Shown here piece after piece: positions 1 to 9,663 of a stretch of 64,000 nt of DNA (position 1 is the first letter of the stretch; each line of letters starts with the position of its first letter). Position numbers and translations under genes: made by a program. The DNA is taken from contig CAJWLU010000005.1 in NCBI GenBank assembly GCA_913043225.1, positions 143,797 to 207,796 of the forward strand. The letters are read 5' to 3'. The notes beneath the pieces were generated by a model. The model was given only the letters and a program-made list of their open reading frames with translations. It searched no databases and was not told the DNA's origin. This DNA is from an uncultured Acidobacteriota bacterium. GTDB taxonomy: Bacteria > Acidobacteriota > Vicinamibacteria > Vicinamibacterales > UBA8438.

Positions 1-723
1 GATTGACTGGTCACCACCGGCCGCCGGCAAGTCCACCGAGCCTGCGGTGTAGCGCAGGAAGATCCCGCCGCCGTACCGCTCGTTCACCCAGTACTGGATA
101 TCGGCCCCCACGTTGCCACCGACCGCTGTCCGCCGGATCGCGGCCGTGGTGGCCGACAAGTTGACCAACTCAAACGGCGCCCCGATCTCGACCGGCTGGA
201 CCTCAGCAATCAGGCTCTGGTCCACATTAAAGATCGACGGGCCGCCGCTGAGGGCGACTGTAATCTTCTCGGTGAGCGGCATCACCCAGACACCCTGCAG
301 GTGAATGCCAACCTCCTTGTAATCGCCACTCGTCACGTCCAGCACGCCGAGGCGCGGACGGTTGTAGAACAGCGGGTGAGGAACGCTTGACGAGATATTC
401 GCGCCGTCCTTCGTATTGAACGAGGTGACCGCGATCCCTGCTGCTAGGTTTTTCCACACGCGGTACGCGCCACCGATCTCGAAACCGCCACCACCGCCAC
501 TCGCGTGACTAATCGTGGAGCTCGCCGTCTCGTCGAAGATCGTCGCAGTCAAGCTCTCGGTGAAGACCCGATCCTTCACCTGATACATATAGTTAACGCC
601 GATATACCCGGTCTCTTCCCATGGCGTCATCTGCGCCGCTGCCTTGGCAGGGGCTCCAATGATGCCCGCCATCACACCGAGCGCCACGGCGCCTCGAATC
701 ACCACACGTCTGCCGATCTGCAT
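1..723 (-). CDS. Outer-membrane beta-barrel protein (runs off the window start)
   Basis: Absent from the ORF track; hand translation from ATG at 723 is open to base 1: MQIGRRVVIRGAVALGVMAGIIGAPAKAAAQ (signal peptide), then alternating amphipathic strands (FEIGGAYRVWKNLAAGIAVT, VGGNVGADIQYWVNERYGGGIFLRY); GAGG RBS upstream. Confidence 0.8.
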   Translation of the reverse strand, partial: MQIGRRVVIRGAVALGVMAGIIGAPAKAAAQMTPWEETGYIGVNYMYQVKDRVFTESLTATIFDETASSTISHASGGGGGFEIGGAYRVWKNLAAGIAVTSFNTKDGANISSSVPHPLFYNRPRLGVLDVTSGDYKEVGIHLQGVWVMPLTEKITVALSGGPSIFNVDQSLIAEVQPVEIGAPFELVNLSATTAAIRRTAVGGNVGADIQYWVNERYGGGIFLRYTAGSVDLPAAGGDQSI

Positions 724-942
724 CTGAGTGTTTACCTCTGTTTCCGTCTCCTCCTCGTCGCAGGAGACGTGAGCGGCGACCTCCGCCCTCCGTCGAATTA
801 GGATCGTAGCACAGGGAACAGCCGTGCTGAGCCGACCCGCGCGCCGCCCCGGTTCTGCTATCATGCGGTGTTGCAAGCGCAACACTGCTAGGGCTCTGGG
901 CCCTGGTGGTTCTCTGACTTCTCGCGGAGGAATTCGGCTCTC

Positions 943-2223
943 ATGGTGAAGACCCAAACAAAGCTCCTCGCCGCCGCGCTCACATGCGTACTCCTTACGG
1001 TCAGCTGTGGCGACGAGACAACCCCGACTGCTCCCAGTGCTACGTCCACAGTGGCACTGCCGGCCGAAGCGGCACAGGGCAGCCCTGTCGCCGGCGGCGT
1101 TATTGGCCTGCTCGACATCGACATCAACGCAGCGCTGCCATCAGGCACCATCTCGCTAAAAACCCCAGCGCCGGCTCTCTCGTCACCAGCCAATAATGCG
1201 ACCACCGACGATCTAACGCCGACGCTGACCATCAGTAACTCGACACCGACAAACATAAGCCCGTCGGAGGCACCGGCGTTCACCTACGAGTTCGAAGTAT
1301 TTAGGGTTGACGGTGCGACCATGACGCGCGTGGCCCACGGAAACAACCGCCCCGCCGGCGGAGGCACCACCTCGTGGACTGTCAGCCCGAGCCTGGTGCA
1401 AACCACGACCTACACGTGGCGGGCACGCGCGAAGATCGGGAACGAAACCGGACCATGGGCCCAGCCCTACACCTTCACGACCCCAACAATGATCACGATC
1501 GGGGTTCCGACGCTCAACGCGCCCGCCAACGGCGGCGAGGTCTCGACCTCCCGGCCAGACCTCGTGGTCAATAACCCGACGGTGTCGGCCAACGCCGGAA
1601 CGATCGAGATCCAGTATCAGATCGACGATGACGTCAATCTTTCGAGCCCCACGCTCATTAAGGTGGCGATGAACCAAAGCAGCGGGACCACCACAGGTAA
1701 TTACGCCGGCACGCTGATCCCAGGAACGACCTATGGCTGGCGTGTCCAAGCCACCAACGGTACCGTGTCTAGTGGTTGGTCGCCGATCTGGACCTTTACA
1801 GTGGTGGAGGGAAATCGCACAGCAGATCCGACGCCGGGTCAGGCGCTACCGCTGCCGGACGAGTACTCGGTCGTCCTAGCCCTGGCGGCAGAACGACCGG
1901 ACTTACTGGCGGATTCCTGCCAACCAGAGTATGGAGGTCCTTACGCGACTGGCACCTGGGAGTTCCTTGACATCTTGGTCGAGCGGCTCCGGGCGAAAGA
2001 CACCCGCTGGGGCTATAACTGCAAACGTGGCAACTGTAACGACGTCTCACTCGACGTGGTCGACTACCACTGGGGCGCCGGCGAGAGTCAAAACAGCACG
2101 CAGGTGTACATCATCGACGTGATTGGCGGCCACTGTGGTCCGGACCCTGGGGCGGCCTGGATCGATCAGACCGACGCGACGTCCGACCACGGCGACATCG
2201 GTCGCTGGACATACCCGCGTTAG
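943..2223 (+). CDS. Lipoprotein with two Ig/FN3-like repeats and an uncharacterised Cys-containing C-terminal domain
   Basis: Lipobox LTVSC; two homologous segments (PALSSPAN...TTYTWRARA...FTT and PTLNAPAN...TTYGWRVQA...FT); GGAGG RBS; TGcTATCAT -10 near 856-864. Confidence 0.75.
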   Translation: MVKTQTKLLAAALTCVLLTVSCGDETTPTAPSATSTVALPAEAAQGSPVAGGVIGLLDIDINAALPSGTISLKTPAPALSSPANNATTDDLTPTLTISNSTPTNISPSEAPAFTYEFEVFRVDGATMTRVAHGNNRPAGGGTTSWTVSPSLVQTTTYTWRARAKIGNETGPWAQPYTFTTPTMITIGVPTLNAPANGGEVSTSRPDLVVNNPTVSANAGTIEIQYQIDDDVNLSSPTLIKVAMNQSSGTTTGNYAGTLIPGTTYGWRVQATNGTVSSGWSPIWTFTVVEGNRTADPTPGQALPLPDEYSVVLALAAERPDLLADSCQPEYGGPYATGTWEFLDILVERLRAKDTRWGYNCKRGNCNDVSLDVVDYHWGAGESQNSTQVYIIDVIGGHCGPDPGAAWIDQTDATSDHGDIGRWTYPR

Positions 2224-2274
2224 TCACCACAGACGCAGTGGCGGAGGGATCACCGCGATCTCTCCGCCCCTTTC

Positions 2275-2991
2275 ATGGCTGACACCTTCTACCGCTGGTT
2301 CTCCGAGCGGCGCCTCACCTCCTTTGGGAGCGCCCGTCGGGATCGTATCGAACGATCGCGCCTCGCCCTCCTCCAATCCGCCATCACGCCTCCGGGAGAC
2401 ATGCTGGAGATCGGTCCGGGCACCGGTTCGCTGGCGGCCGGGGCGATCGCTGCCGGCTGGTCCTATCGCGCCATCGAGGCCAGTGCGACCCTCGCCCGGG
2501 AACTGCGCGAGAAAGGCCTGGACGTCACCGAGGCGTGGGCACCCCCCATCGCGGCCGACGACGCCAGTTGCGACGTTGTGTACGCCGACCAGGTGCTCGA
2601 ACACATGAGCGGCATCGATGCCGCGCGTGAGTTCGTCGCCGAGGCGCTCCGGGCCCTCCGCCCGAATGGCGTCTGCTTCATCGTCGTACCCGATTACCTG
2701 AAAGAGCGGACGTTCTTCTGGGACGTCGACTACACCCACAATTTCGTGACCACTGAGCGTCGGGTGCGGCAGTTGCTCTACGACGGGGGCTTCGAGGTCG
2801 AGCAGGTCGTCAGAAGCATTGGAGACGCGACCGGCCTCGCGCGTGACGCGCTGGCCGCAGGGGCCCTGCTCGTGAACATCCCTGGCGTCAACGCGCTCAG
2901 CCGCTACACCGGGACCGAAGATCTGCTCTTCCGGATTCGCAAGAACCTCTTCGAGACCCTTACCTTCGTGGCGCGGAAGCCCACCGTCTAG
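2275..2991 (+). CDS. Class I SAM-dependent methyltransferase
   Basis: LEIGPGTG motif I; DVVYADQVLEH; LRPNG. Confidence 0.85.
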   Translation: MADTFYRWFSERRLTSFGSARRDRIERSRLALLQSAITPPGDMLEIGPGTGSLAAGAIAAGWSYRAIEASATLARELREKGLDVTEAWAPPIAADDASCDVVYADQVLEHMSGIDAAREFVAEALRALRPNGVCFIVVPDYLKERTFFWDVDYTHNFVTTERRVRQLLYDGGFEVEQVVRSIGDATGLARDALAAGALLVNIPGVNALSRYTGTEDLLFRIRKNLFETLTFVARKPTV

Positions 2992-3008
2992 CTGCAGGCG
3001 ATCCTTCC

Positions 3009-3932
3009 ATGTGGCGCTCGGTCTGGTTCCGCGGCGCCATCAGCCTCACCATCCTCGCGTATCTGGCGTCGCGCATCGACATGGGTGCGGCATTGGCCGC
3101 CCTCGTTCAGGTCAACCTCGGCTATCTGGCAGTCGTCCTCCTGCTCGTCGGTCTCGACCGGGCCGTAATGATCGCCCGCTGGCTGGTAGCGCTGCGAAGC
3201 AGCGGCAACGAGACGCCGCTCAAGTCCGTCGCCTGGATCTTCCTCGTCAGCTCGTTCATCGGGAGCGCCCTGCCGGCCAGCATCGGCGGCGACGCCGCAC
3301 GCGCCTACACCCTGGCCCGCCGCACCGACGACGCAAGCGAGGCAGTGGCGTCGGTGGCCGTCGACCGGCTGTTCGGTATCCTCTCGCTGGCGATACTGAC
3401 TGGCCTGGGCGCAACCGTCTGGCAAACGCCGGTCACCCTGCCGGTTAGCCTCATCCGGCTGGCCGCACTCCTCCTCATCGGCGCCGGCGCCTGCCTGTTG
3501 TGGTCGGATCTGTGGGCCCGCACGTTGGTACCGAAACGCTGGCACGCCACCCACCTTGGGCAGTCGCTGCTCGGGACAGCCGACGCCCTGGCCAGATATC
3601 GGCAACGCGGTACCGCACTGCGGGGCGTACTCGCGCTGTCGGTACTCGTGCAGCTGCTCCGGATCTCGCAGGCCTACCTGCTCGGTCTCGGCTTGGGCCT
3701 AGACGTCGCATTTGGCTACTACCTGCTGTTCATGCCAATCGGTCTGCTGATGCTGCTACTCCCGGTTTCGGTGGCCGGGTTTGGGCTGCCTCAAGGTGTC
3801 ATCGTCTGGCTCCTGCGAGCCCAGGGTGTGGCCGACAGCCTGTCATTCGCACTCTCCACGCTGATCGTGCTGACCGGCCTGGCCGGCAACCTGCCAGGCG
3901 CCTGGCTTTACGCGCGCCGTAAAGAGCTATAA
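3009..3932 (+). CDS. Lysylphosphatidylglycerol synthase TM / flippase-like membrane protein
   Basis: Multiple TM helices; RW, LPASIGGDAARAY, VAVDRLFG, PVSVAGFG motifs typical of the LPG_synthase_TM (UPF0104) family. Confidence 0.85.
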   Translation: MWRSVWFRGAISLTILAYLASRIDMGAALAALVQVNLGYLAVVLLLVGLDRAVMIARWLVALRSSGNETPLKSVAWIFLVSSFIGSALPASIGGDAARAYTLARRTDDASEAVASVAVDRLFGILSLAILTGLGATVWQTPVTLPVSLIRLAALLLIGAGACLLWSDLWARTLVPKRWHATHLGQSLLGTADALARYRQRGTALRGVLALSVLVQLLRISQAYLLGLGLGLDVAFGYYLLFMPIGLLMLLLPVSVAGFGLPQGVIVWLLRAQGVADSLSFALSTLIVLTGLAGNLPGAWLYARRKEL

Positions 3933-3944
3933 AATAGAGGTTTA

Positions 3945-5096
3945 ATGGCACAGGTTTACGCCGCCAAGTACCTCGCCCGCGCCGCCGCCTCCGCTCCCCG
4001 CGACCTGGCCAACGCCGCGCTCGCGAAGTTCAAGGCCATTCACCCGACGGTCCTCATCTACCACTGCACGTTTGTCTGCGATGCGCGCTGCGAAATGTGC
4101 AGCAACTGGAAACGAGGCGACCGGAAGAGCGACATGACGCTCGAGGAAATCGAGCGCGCCTTCAGTTCCCCGTTCTGGCGCTACATCGAGAACGCAAACG
4201 TGTCAGGCGGCGAACCAACAACCCGTAACGATCTGGTGGACATCTGTCGGATCATGCTCGACAAGCTGCCCCGCCTGCGGAAGTTCGGTCTGAATACGAC
4301 CGGTCTGACCCCGCACCGCGCCATCCCGATGCTGACCGACATCGTGAAGATGTGCGCCGAGCAGGACATCATCTTCAGCTTCCGAGTCTCGATCGACGGC
4401 GTCGGTGAGATGCACAACGAGGTGCGTCAGGTGCAGCGCGGTTTCGACAAGGCCAACGAGACTATCCGCGCCATGCAGGCGCTCCAGAAGGATTACCCGT
4501 TCAACTTCGGCATCTCGACCACGATCTTCGGTCAGAACCTCGACGACGCGGAGAACATCCTGAACTGGGCCCGCGGCGAGAACCTCGACATCGTGTTCAA
4601 CATGGTGCGATTCACCGATTCGATGCTGGGCAACAGCGACCTAGCCGAGAGCTGCACGCCGGTCGGTGAAGAAGAGGAGCGGATGCGGCAGTTCTTCCTC
4701 GACCGGGTACGGATCGACCCGCTGCTCGACGGACAGAACTATATCTACATGCACTACGCCGACATGATCGCCAACGGGTATCACCGGCTAGCACCCTGCC
4801 CCTTCCAGACCCAGGGCATCATGCTGAACCCGGACGGCGGGCTGTTTTTCTGCGAGAACAGTGAGGTCGTCGGCAACGTAAGGGACACCGACCCGGGCGA
4901 GATCTACTTCAGCCCGGAGAGCCAGGCACACCGCGAGGCGATCAAGAACGAGCAGTGCCCCACCTGTCTCAGCCCGTGCCAGATGAACGTGGCCGCCATC
5001 AAGCAGGTGGTACCCTACGCCAAGTTCCTGGCCCGCGCCTCACGCGAGAAACGGAAGCATCAACGAGTCGCGGCGGCGCGGTCGGCGACGAGCTAG
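3945..5096 (+). CDS. Radical SAM protein with SPASM/Twitch domain
   Basis: CDARCEMC (CxxxCxxC), SGGEP, VSIDG; C-terminal CPF...PDG...FC and CPTCLSPC. Confidence 0.9.
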   Translation: MAQVYAAKYLARAAASAPRDLANAALAKFKAIHPTVLIYHCTFVCDARCEMCSNWKRGDRKSDMTLEEIERAFSSPFWRYIENANVSGGEPTTRNDLVDICRIMLDKLPRLRKFGLNTTGLTPHRAIPMLTDIVKMCAEQDIIFSFRVSIDGVGEMHNEVRQVQRGFDKANETIRAMQALQKDYPFNFGISTTIFGQNLDDAENILNWARGENLDIVFNMVRFTDSMLGNSDLAESCTPVGEEEERMRQFFLDRVRIDPLLDGQNYIYMHYADMIANGYHRLAPCPFQTQGIMLNPDGGLFFCENSEVVGNVRDTDPGEIYFSPESQAHREAIKNEQCPTCLSPCQMNVAAIKQVVPYAKFLARASREKRKHQRVAAARSATS

Positions 5097-5209
5097 AGTC
5101 GCAGGGAGTTCGGCGCCTCTCAGCCCCCGCCGCTCGGCTTTGCCTGAGCAGGCCAGGACAAGGCCGGCAAGTCGCTTCGCACGAGCAGCCATCACCCTGC
5201 TACCGGCGG

Positions 5210-5968
5210 TCACTTCCTCGCGAATGCCATCAGATGCCACCCGAAACGCCTGACCAGCGGTCTTGGAATCAGGTTGAATCCACCCACGAACACGCCGTTG
5301 TAGGCGGCCGCACGCCAGCCCTTGTGCAAGCGTGACCGGACCGGGAACCGCTCGGGCACAACCCGCCGGTCGGCGAAGCCGTCGAGGAGACGATGAAATT
5401 CCGGAATCGAGTACTTCTCGAGCACCGGCGCGTCGGCATGCTCGAGCCCGACCCCCATCAGGGCAGACATCGCATTGAGCCAGGATACGCGGTTGTACAC
5501 CATGAAGATCGCCTGTCCGCCCGGCGTCAACACCCGACGGCATTCCTCCACCATCAGCCGGACATCGGCCGTGTACTGCAAGACCCCATGCGCATAGACC
5601 ACGTCGAACGACGCGTCGTCGAACTGCAGCGCCTCGCCGTTGCCAACCCGGAGGTCACCCTGCCCAGCAAGCCCATGCAGGTCAAAGTTCTGCCGGGCCA
5701 GCTCGATCGATCGCTCGGCGAGATCAACGCCCGTGACGTCGGCGCCACCCCGCGCGAACCGCAGCAGATCGGTACCGATGCCGCACCCAACCTCCAGCAA
5801 CCGCTGGCCGGTAAAGCCACCAAAATCGACCAAGCGAGGCAAATAGTGGAGCTTGTCGAACCGGTAGTCGTCGAGGTCGTCGAAGAACTCACGGGTGCCG
5901 ACCGGATGGTCCGTCATCTCGAGATCGTGAATCCGTTCGTTCCAGTAGGCGGCGATCTGGTCGATCAT
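5210..5968 (-). CDS. Class I SAM-dependent methyltransferase
   Basis: LLEVGCGIGTD, GVDL, FDVVYAHGVL; start moved to MIDQIAAYW because the longer ORF overlaps the divergent gene. Confidence 0.85.
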   Translation of the reverse strand: MIDQIAAYWNERIHDLEMTDHPVGTREFFDDLDDYRFDKLHYLPRLVDFGGFTGQRLLEVGCGIGTDLLRFARGGADVTGVDLAERSIELARQNFDLHGLAGQGDLRVGNGEALQFDDASFDVVYAHGVLQYTADVRLMVEECRRVLTPGGQAIFMVYNRVSWLNAMSALMGVGLEHADAPVLEKYSIPEFHRLLDGFADRRVVPERFPVRSRLHKGWRAAAYNGVFVGGFNLIPRPLVRRFGWHLMAFARK

Positions 5969-5990
5969 CGGGGCGTAGAATAGCAGCGTC

Positions 5991-7613
5991 TTGATACGAG
6001 ACCTACGCACCTTAGCCGACACCGAGTTCGACCTCCTCGTCGTCGGCGCCGGCATCTACGGAGCGGCCATCGCCTGGGACGCGGCTCAGCGCGGACTCAC
6101 GGTGGCGCTGATCGACCGCGCCGACTTCGGTGGCGGCACGTCGGCCAACAGCATGAAGACGGTGCACGGTGGGGTCCGATCACTTCAGACCGGCAATCCG
6201 GCCGAGCTCAGGCTCTTCGTGCGTGAGCGACGCGCGCTCTCGAGAATCGCGCCGCATCTCGTACATCCGCTCCCGTTCGTGGTGCCGACCTACGGAGGTC
6301 TGACCCGCCATCCGCTGGCGATGCAAGCTGCGTTTAAGCTCTACGACTTCCTCTCTAGCGACCGGAACGCACAGCTCGATCGCACCAGGCACCTTCCACC
6401 CAGTCGGCGCATCACTCGGGACGAGTGCCTCGCCCTGAACCCCTTGATCGATCCGGAGGGCGTGACCGGCGGCATCGTCTGGCACGACTGCCAAATGTAT
6501 AACCCTGACCGGGTGGTGCTCGCCTTCGTACAGTCGGCAGCCGCGGCCGGCGCCAGTGTCTCGAATTACGTTGACGCGACGGGCTGGCTCCGGGCCGGGA
6601 AACAGATCACTGGTATGCGGGTGGAAGACCGGCTCGGCGCGGGCATGTTCGACATCCGCGCCAGACTCGTGGTCAATGCCGCCGGCCCGTGGAGCCCGCA
6701 GCTCACGGCTACCCTACCACCGGCGCTCGCTGCGGGACATCCACCCGGCTTCTCCAAGGCGATGAACCTAGTGACCCGGTCCGTCGGGACACGAGAGGCG
6801 GTGGGAGGTGTCGCGAACGGTCGATTCCTGTTCATCGCCCCCTGGCGAGGTGTGTCCATCGTTGGCACGAGTCACGAACCGTACGCGGGCTCTCCGGGCT
6901 CGCCGCCGATCAGTGACGACGACGTCACCCGCTTCCTGACCGAGGTCCGACAGGCATTCCCGCGGGCCGGATTGGGACATGATGATGTGCGGCTCGTCCA
7001 CCGGGGCCTGCTGCCGTCAGCCGACCCCGAAGGGGAGACCCTCTCCAAGCAGAGCCTGGTGCGCGACCACCGCCAGGACGGCACCCCAGGCCTGATGAGC
7101 GCCATCGGCGTGCGCTACACCACCGCACGAGCCACGGCCGCCGAGGCCACCGACCTGGCTCTCAAGATCCTGGGCCAGACACCGCGTCCTTCGCGGACCG
7201 CGACCACGCCGCTCGCCGGTGGCGACCTCCACGACTGGGACAGCTTCCTCGACACCGCTGTGCCGTCGGACGTCCCGCTCGCCCTGGCCGACCGACGACG
7301 CCTGGCAGCCACCTACGGCACCGGCTGCCACACGCTGATTGACGCGCTAACCGCCGACCAGGAGCTGGCATCGCCTCTCTCCGACACCTGCCCAGTAACC
7401 CGCGGCGAGATCGCGCATGCCGTGCGAACGGAGATGGCGGTGGCGTTGTCAGATGCGGTGCTCCGGCGGACCGAAGCCGGGTCTGCGGGACATCCCGGGC
7501 CAGAAGCGCTTAAGGAAGCTGCCAACGTCATGGGCGCGCTGCGCTCTTGGTCGTCCGAGGAACGAGCGGCCCAAATCGCTGAGGTCGAACGTCACTACAG
7601 GCTGAACGCCTGA
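5991..7613 (+). CDS. glpD: FAD-dependent glycerol-3-phosphate dehydrogenase/oxidase family (GlpD-like)
   Basis: DLLVVGAGIYG, GTSANSMKTVHGGVR, VVNAAGPW, C-terminal EMAVALSDAVLRRT; TTG start. Confidence 0.8.
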   Translation: MIRDLRTLADTEFDLLVVGAGIYGAAIAWDAAQRGLTVALIDRADFGGGTSANSMKTVHGGVRSLQTGNPAELRLFVRERRALSRIAPHLVHPLPFVVPTYGGLTRHPLAMQAAFKLYDFLSSDRNAQLDRTRHLPPSRRITRDECLALNPLIDPEGVTGGIVWHDCQMYNPDRVVLAFVQSAAAAGASVSNYVDATGWLRAGKQITGMRVEDRLGAGMFDIRARLVVNAAGPWSPQLTATLPPALAAGHPPGFSKAMNLVTRSVGTREAVGGVANGRFLFIAPWRGVSIVGTSHEPYAGSPGSPPISDDDVTRFLTEVRQAFPRAGLGHDDVRLVHRGLLPSADPEGETLSKQSLVRDHRQDGTPGLMSAIGVRYTTARATAAEATDLALKILGQTPRPSRTATTPLAGGDLHDWDSFLDTAVPSDVPLALADRRRLAATYGTGCHTLIDALTADQELASPLSDTCPVTRGEIAHAVRTEMAVALSDAVLRRTEAGSAGHPGPEALKEAANVMGALRSWSSEERAAQIAEVERHYRLNA

Positions 7614-7616
7614 GGC

Positions 7617-9509
7617 TCAGTCCAGCCAGGCTTGCGCCCAGCGCTCCAGCACCATGAAGCAGAACAGCTGATGGGCGAAATTCTCGCGCCCCGCTACATG
7701 CTCGTCCATCATCCGCGTGACCAGCGCCGGCTCAAGCCACCCGCGGCGCTCGACGCGATCCGGCGCGAGCAGGTCCCGCATCAGCGGCGCCCAATCGTCC
7801 CGTAGCCACTGCTTCATCGGGATCGAGAATCCCTCCTTGCCACGGGTCAGGATCGCCTCCGGCAAGCGGTCTCGCATGGCGGCCTTCAAGACATGCTTGC
7901 GCTGACCCTGGTGAAGTTTCATGGTCCCAGGCATGGAGAAAGCGAGTTCCATCACATCCACGTCCAAGAACGGTGCCCGCGTCTCGAGGGAGGTCGCCAT
8001 GCTCATCCTGTCGACCTTCGCCAGGATGTCATCGTTCAAATAAACCTGCAGGTCAGCATAGAGCTGGCGATTGAGCAGATCATCGGTGTGCGCCCCACGA
8101 AGATGGCGCCGGATCGGAGCGTAGACGTCGCTCGATAAGAGCGCATCTTGGAGCGCTGGGGTGTAGAGTCGGCGCTTCACTCCCACATCCAGGAAGGTCA
8201 TCCAGCGATAGTGCGCGATCGCACTCGGTGCGGTGGCAAGGCCCAGCGTGAAGCGGCGAAGTTTGTTGACCAGTCCCTTCTTCTTCTCGCTCGGAGGCAG
8301 CAGGGCGGTTACCGATGACAGGAGCGGCATCGCCGCGTCGGGCACAACGAGCGCCACCTGTCGCGCCAGCGCCTCGGCCTCATACGCGTCGTAGCCGGCG
8401 AAGAGCTCGTCTCCTCCGTCACCGGACAACGCTACCGTCACATGCTCCCGCGCCACCTGGGAAACCAGGTAGGTCGGAAACAGTGACACGTCGCCAAATG
8501 GCTGGTCGAAGTGGGTGACGAGTTGGTCGAACAGCGCTAACAGATCCGGCTCGACCATTCGTTCGTGATGGTCGGTGCCAAAAGCCGACGCCACCTCTCT
8601 AGCGTAGGGCAACTCGTTGTAGCTCGCCGCTTCGAACCCCATGCTGAAGGTCTTGACCCGGTCACCCTGCCCTGCCGCCTCGACCATCAGCGACACGACC
8701 GCACTCGAGTCGATCCCACCCGACAGGAAGGCACCCAGCGGCACGTCGGACATCATCTGTCCCGCCACCGCCCGCTCCAACGCTTCGCGAAGCGCATCAG
8801 CTGCCTCGGCCTCATCCCAGCGCCGCATCTCAATCGCGGCGACATCCCAGTAGCGCTCGACCCGCACCGCCCCACGCTCGTAGAGCAAATAGTGAGCGGG
8901 CGGCAGCGCCCGGACCTCGCTGAAGATCGTGCGCGGGGTCAGGACGTACTCGTAGGTCAGGAATTGGTCGAGTGCCTCAAGATCGACCTGCCGCGAGATC
9001 TCGGAACGGGTGAGCAACGCCTTGATCTCGGACCCGAACAGGAACTGCGCGGGCGTCTGTGAGTAGTAGAACGGCTTCTCTCCCGCGCGATCTCGGCCAC
9101 AAAACAACCGACGGGCACCCTCGTCCCAGAGCGCGAACGCGAACATCCCGCGGAGCCGCCCGAGGATCTCGACACCGAACGCCTCGTAGCCATGCACCAA
9201 CACCTCGATATCGGACCGACTCCGAAACCGGTGCCCCCTGGCCTCGAGTTCCGACCGCAGTTCGAGGTGGTTGTAGATCTCGCCATTCGCTACGAGATGA
9301 ATCGTCCTGTCCTCGTTCGAGAACGGCTGCTGCCCCCCGTCCACGTCGATGATGGAGAGCCGACGCATCCCCAGTCCGACACCGGCTCCGAGGTGCAATC
9401 CTTCATCGTCCGGTCCTCGGTGACGGAGCGCATCGACCATCCGCCGGAACGCGTCCTGGTCCACGGGGCGGGCTAGGTCTCGTTCGACGATGCCGGCAAT
9501 ACCGCACAT
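7617..9509 (-). CDS. asnB: Asparagine synthase (glutamine-hydrolysing) family amidotransferase
   Basis: True start MCGIAG (Ntn Cys); HRGPD, RRLSIID, NGEIYN, LSGGIDSS, SGDGGDELFAGY, KVDRMSMA. Confidence 0.93.
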   Translation of the reverse strand: MCGIAGIVERDLARPVDQDAFRRMVDALRHRGPDDEGLHLGAGVGLGMRRLSIIDVDGGQQPFSNEDRTIHLVANGEIYNHLELRSELEARGHRFRSRSDIEVLVHGYEAFGVEILGRLRGMFAFALWDEGARRLFCGRDRAGEKPFYYSQTPAQFLFGSEIKALLTRSEISRQVDLEALDQFLTYEYVLTPRTIFSEVRALPPAHYLLYERGAVRVERYWDVAAIEMRRWDEAEAADALREALERAVAGQMMSDVPLGAFLSGGIDSSAVVSLMVEAAGQGDRVKTFSMGFEAASYNELPYAREVASAFGTDHHERMVEPDLLALFDQLVTHFDQPFGDVSLFPTYLVSQVAREHVTVALSGDGGDELFAGYDAYEAEALARQVALVVPDAAMPLLSSVTALLPPSEKKKGLVNKLRRFTLGLATAPSAIAHYRWMTFLDVGVKRRLYTPALQDALLSSDVYAPIRRHLRGAHTDDLLNRQLYADLQVYLNDDILAKVDRMSMATSLETRAPFLDVDVMELAFSMPGTMKLHQGQRKHVLKAAMRDRLPEAILTRGKEGFSIPMKQWLRDDWAPLMRDLLAPDRVERRGWLEPALVTRMMDEHVAGRENFAHQLFCFMVLERWAQAWLD

Positions 9510-9663
9510 GACTAGGAGGGTAACAAAGAGGACGGCCGCGCTTCGCGACTGGCCGGGCAGAAAGAACACCCGATGGTACAATGCGTCAGAACGCCAGCGC
9601 CAGCCAGCGCCCGGCATCTCACACATTCCATCGATGGTCCACTCACCTCCCGTGTCAACCGCG

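Noticed and set aside
3945..9509. RiPP or lasso-peptide cluster (rSAM-SPASM plus AsnB-like)
   Set aside because: AsnB keeps a full N-terminal Cys glutaminase domain; no RRE/PqqD, B2 protease or precursor peptide seen; context is glycan/lipid modification
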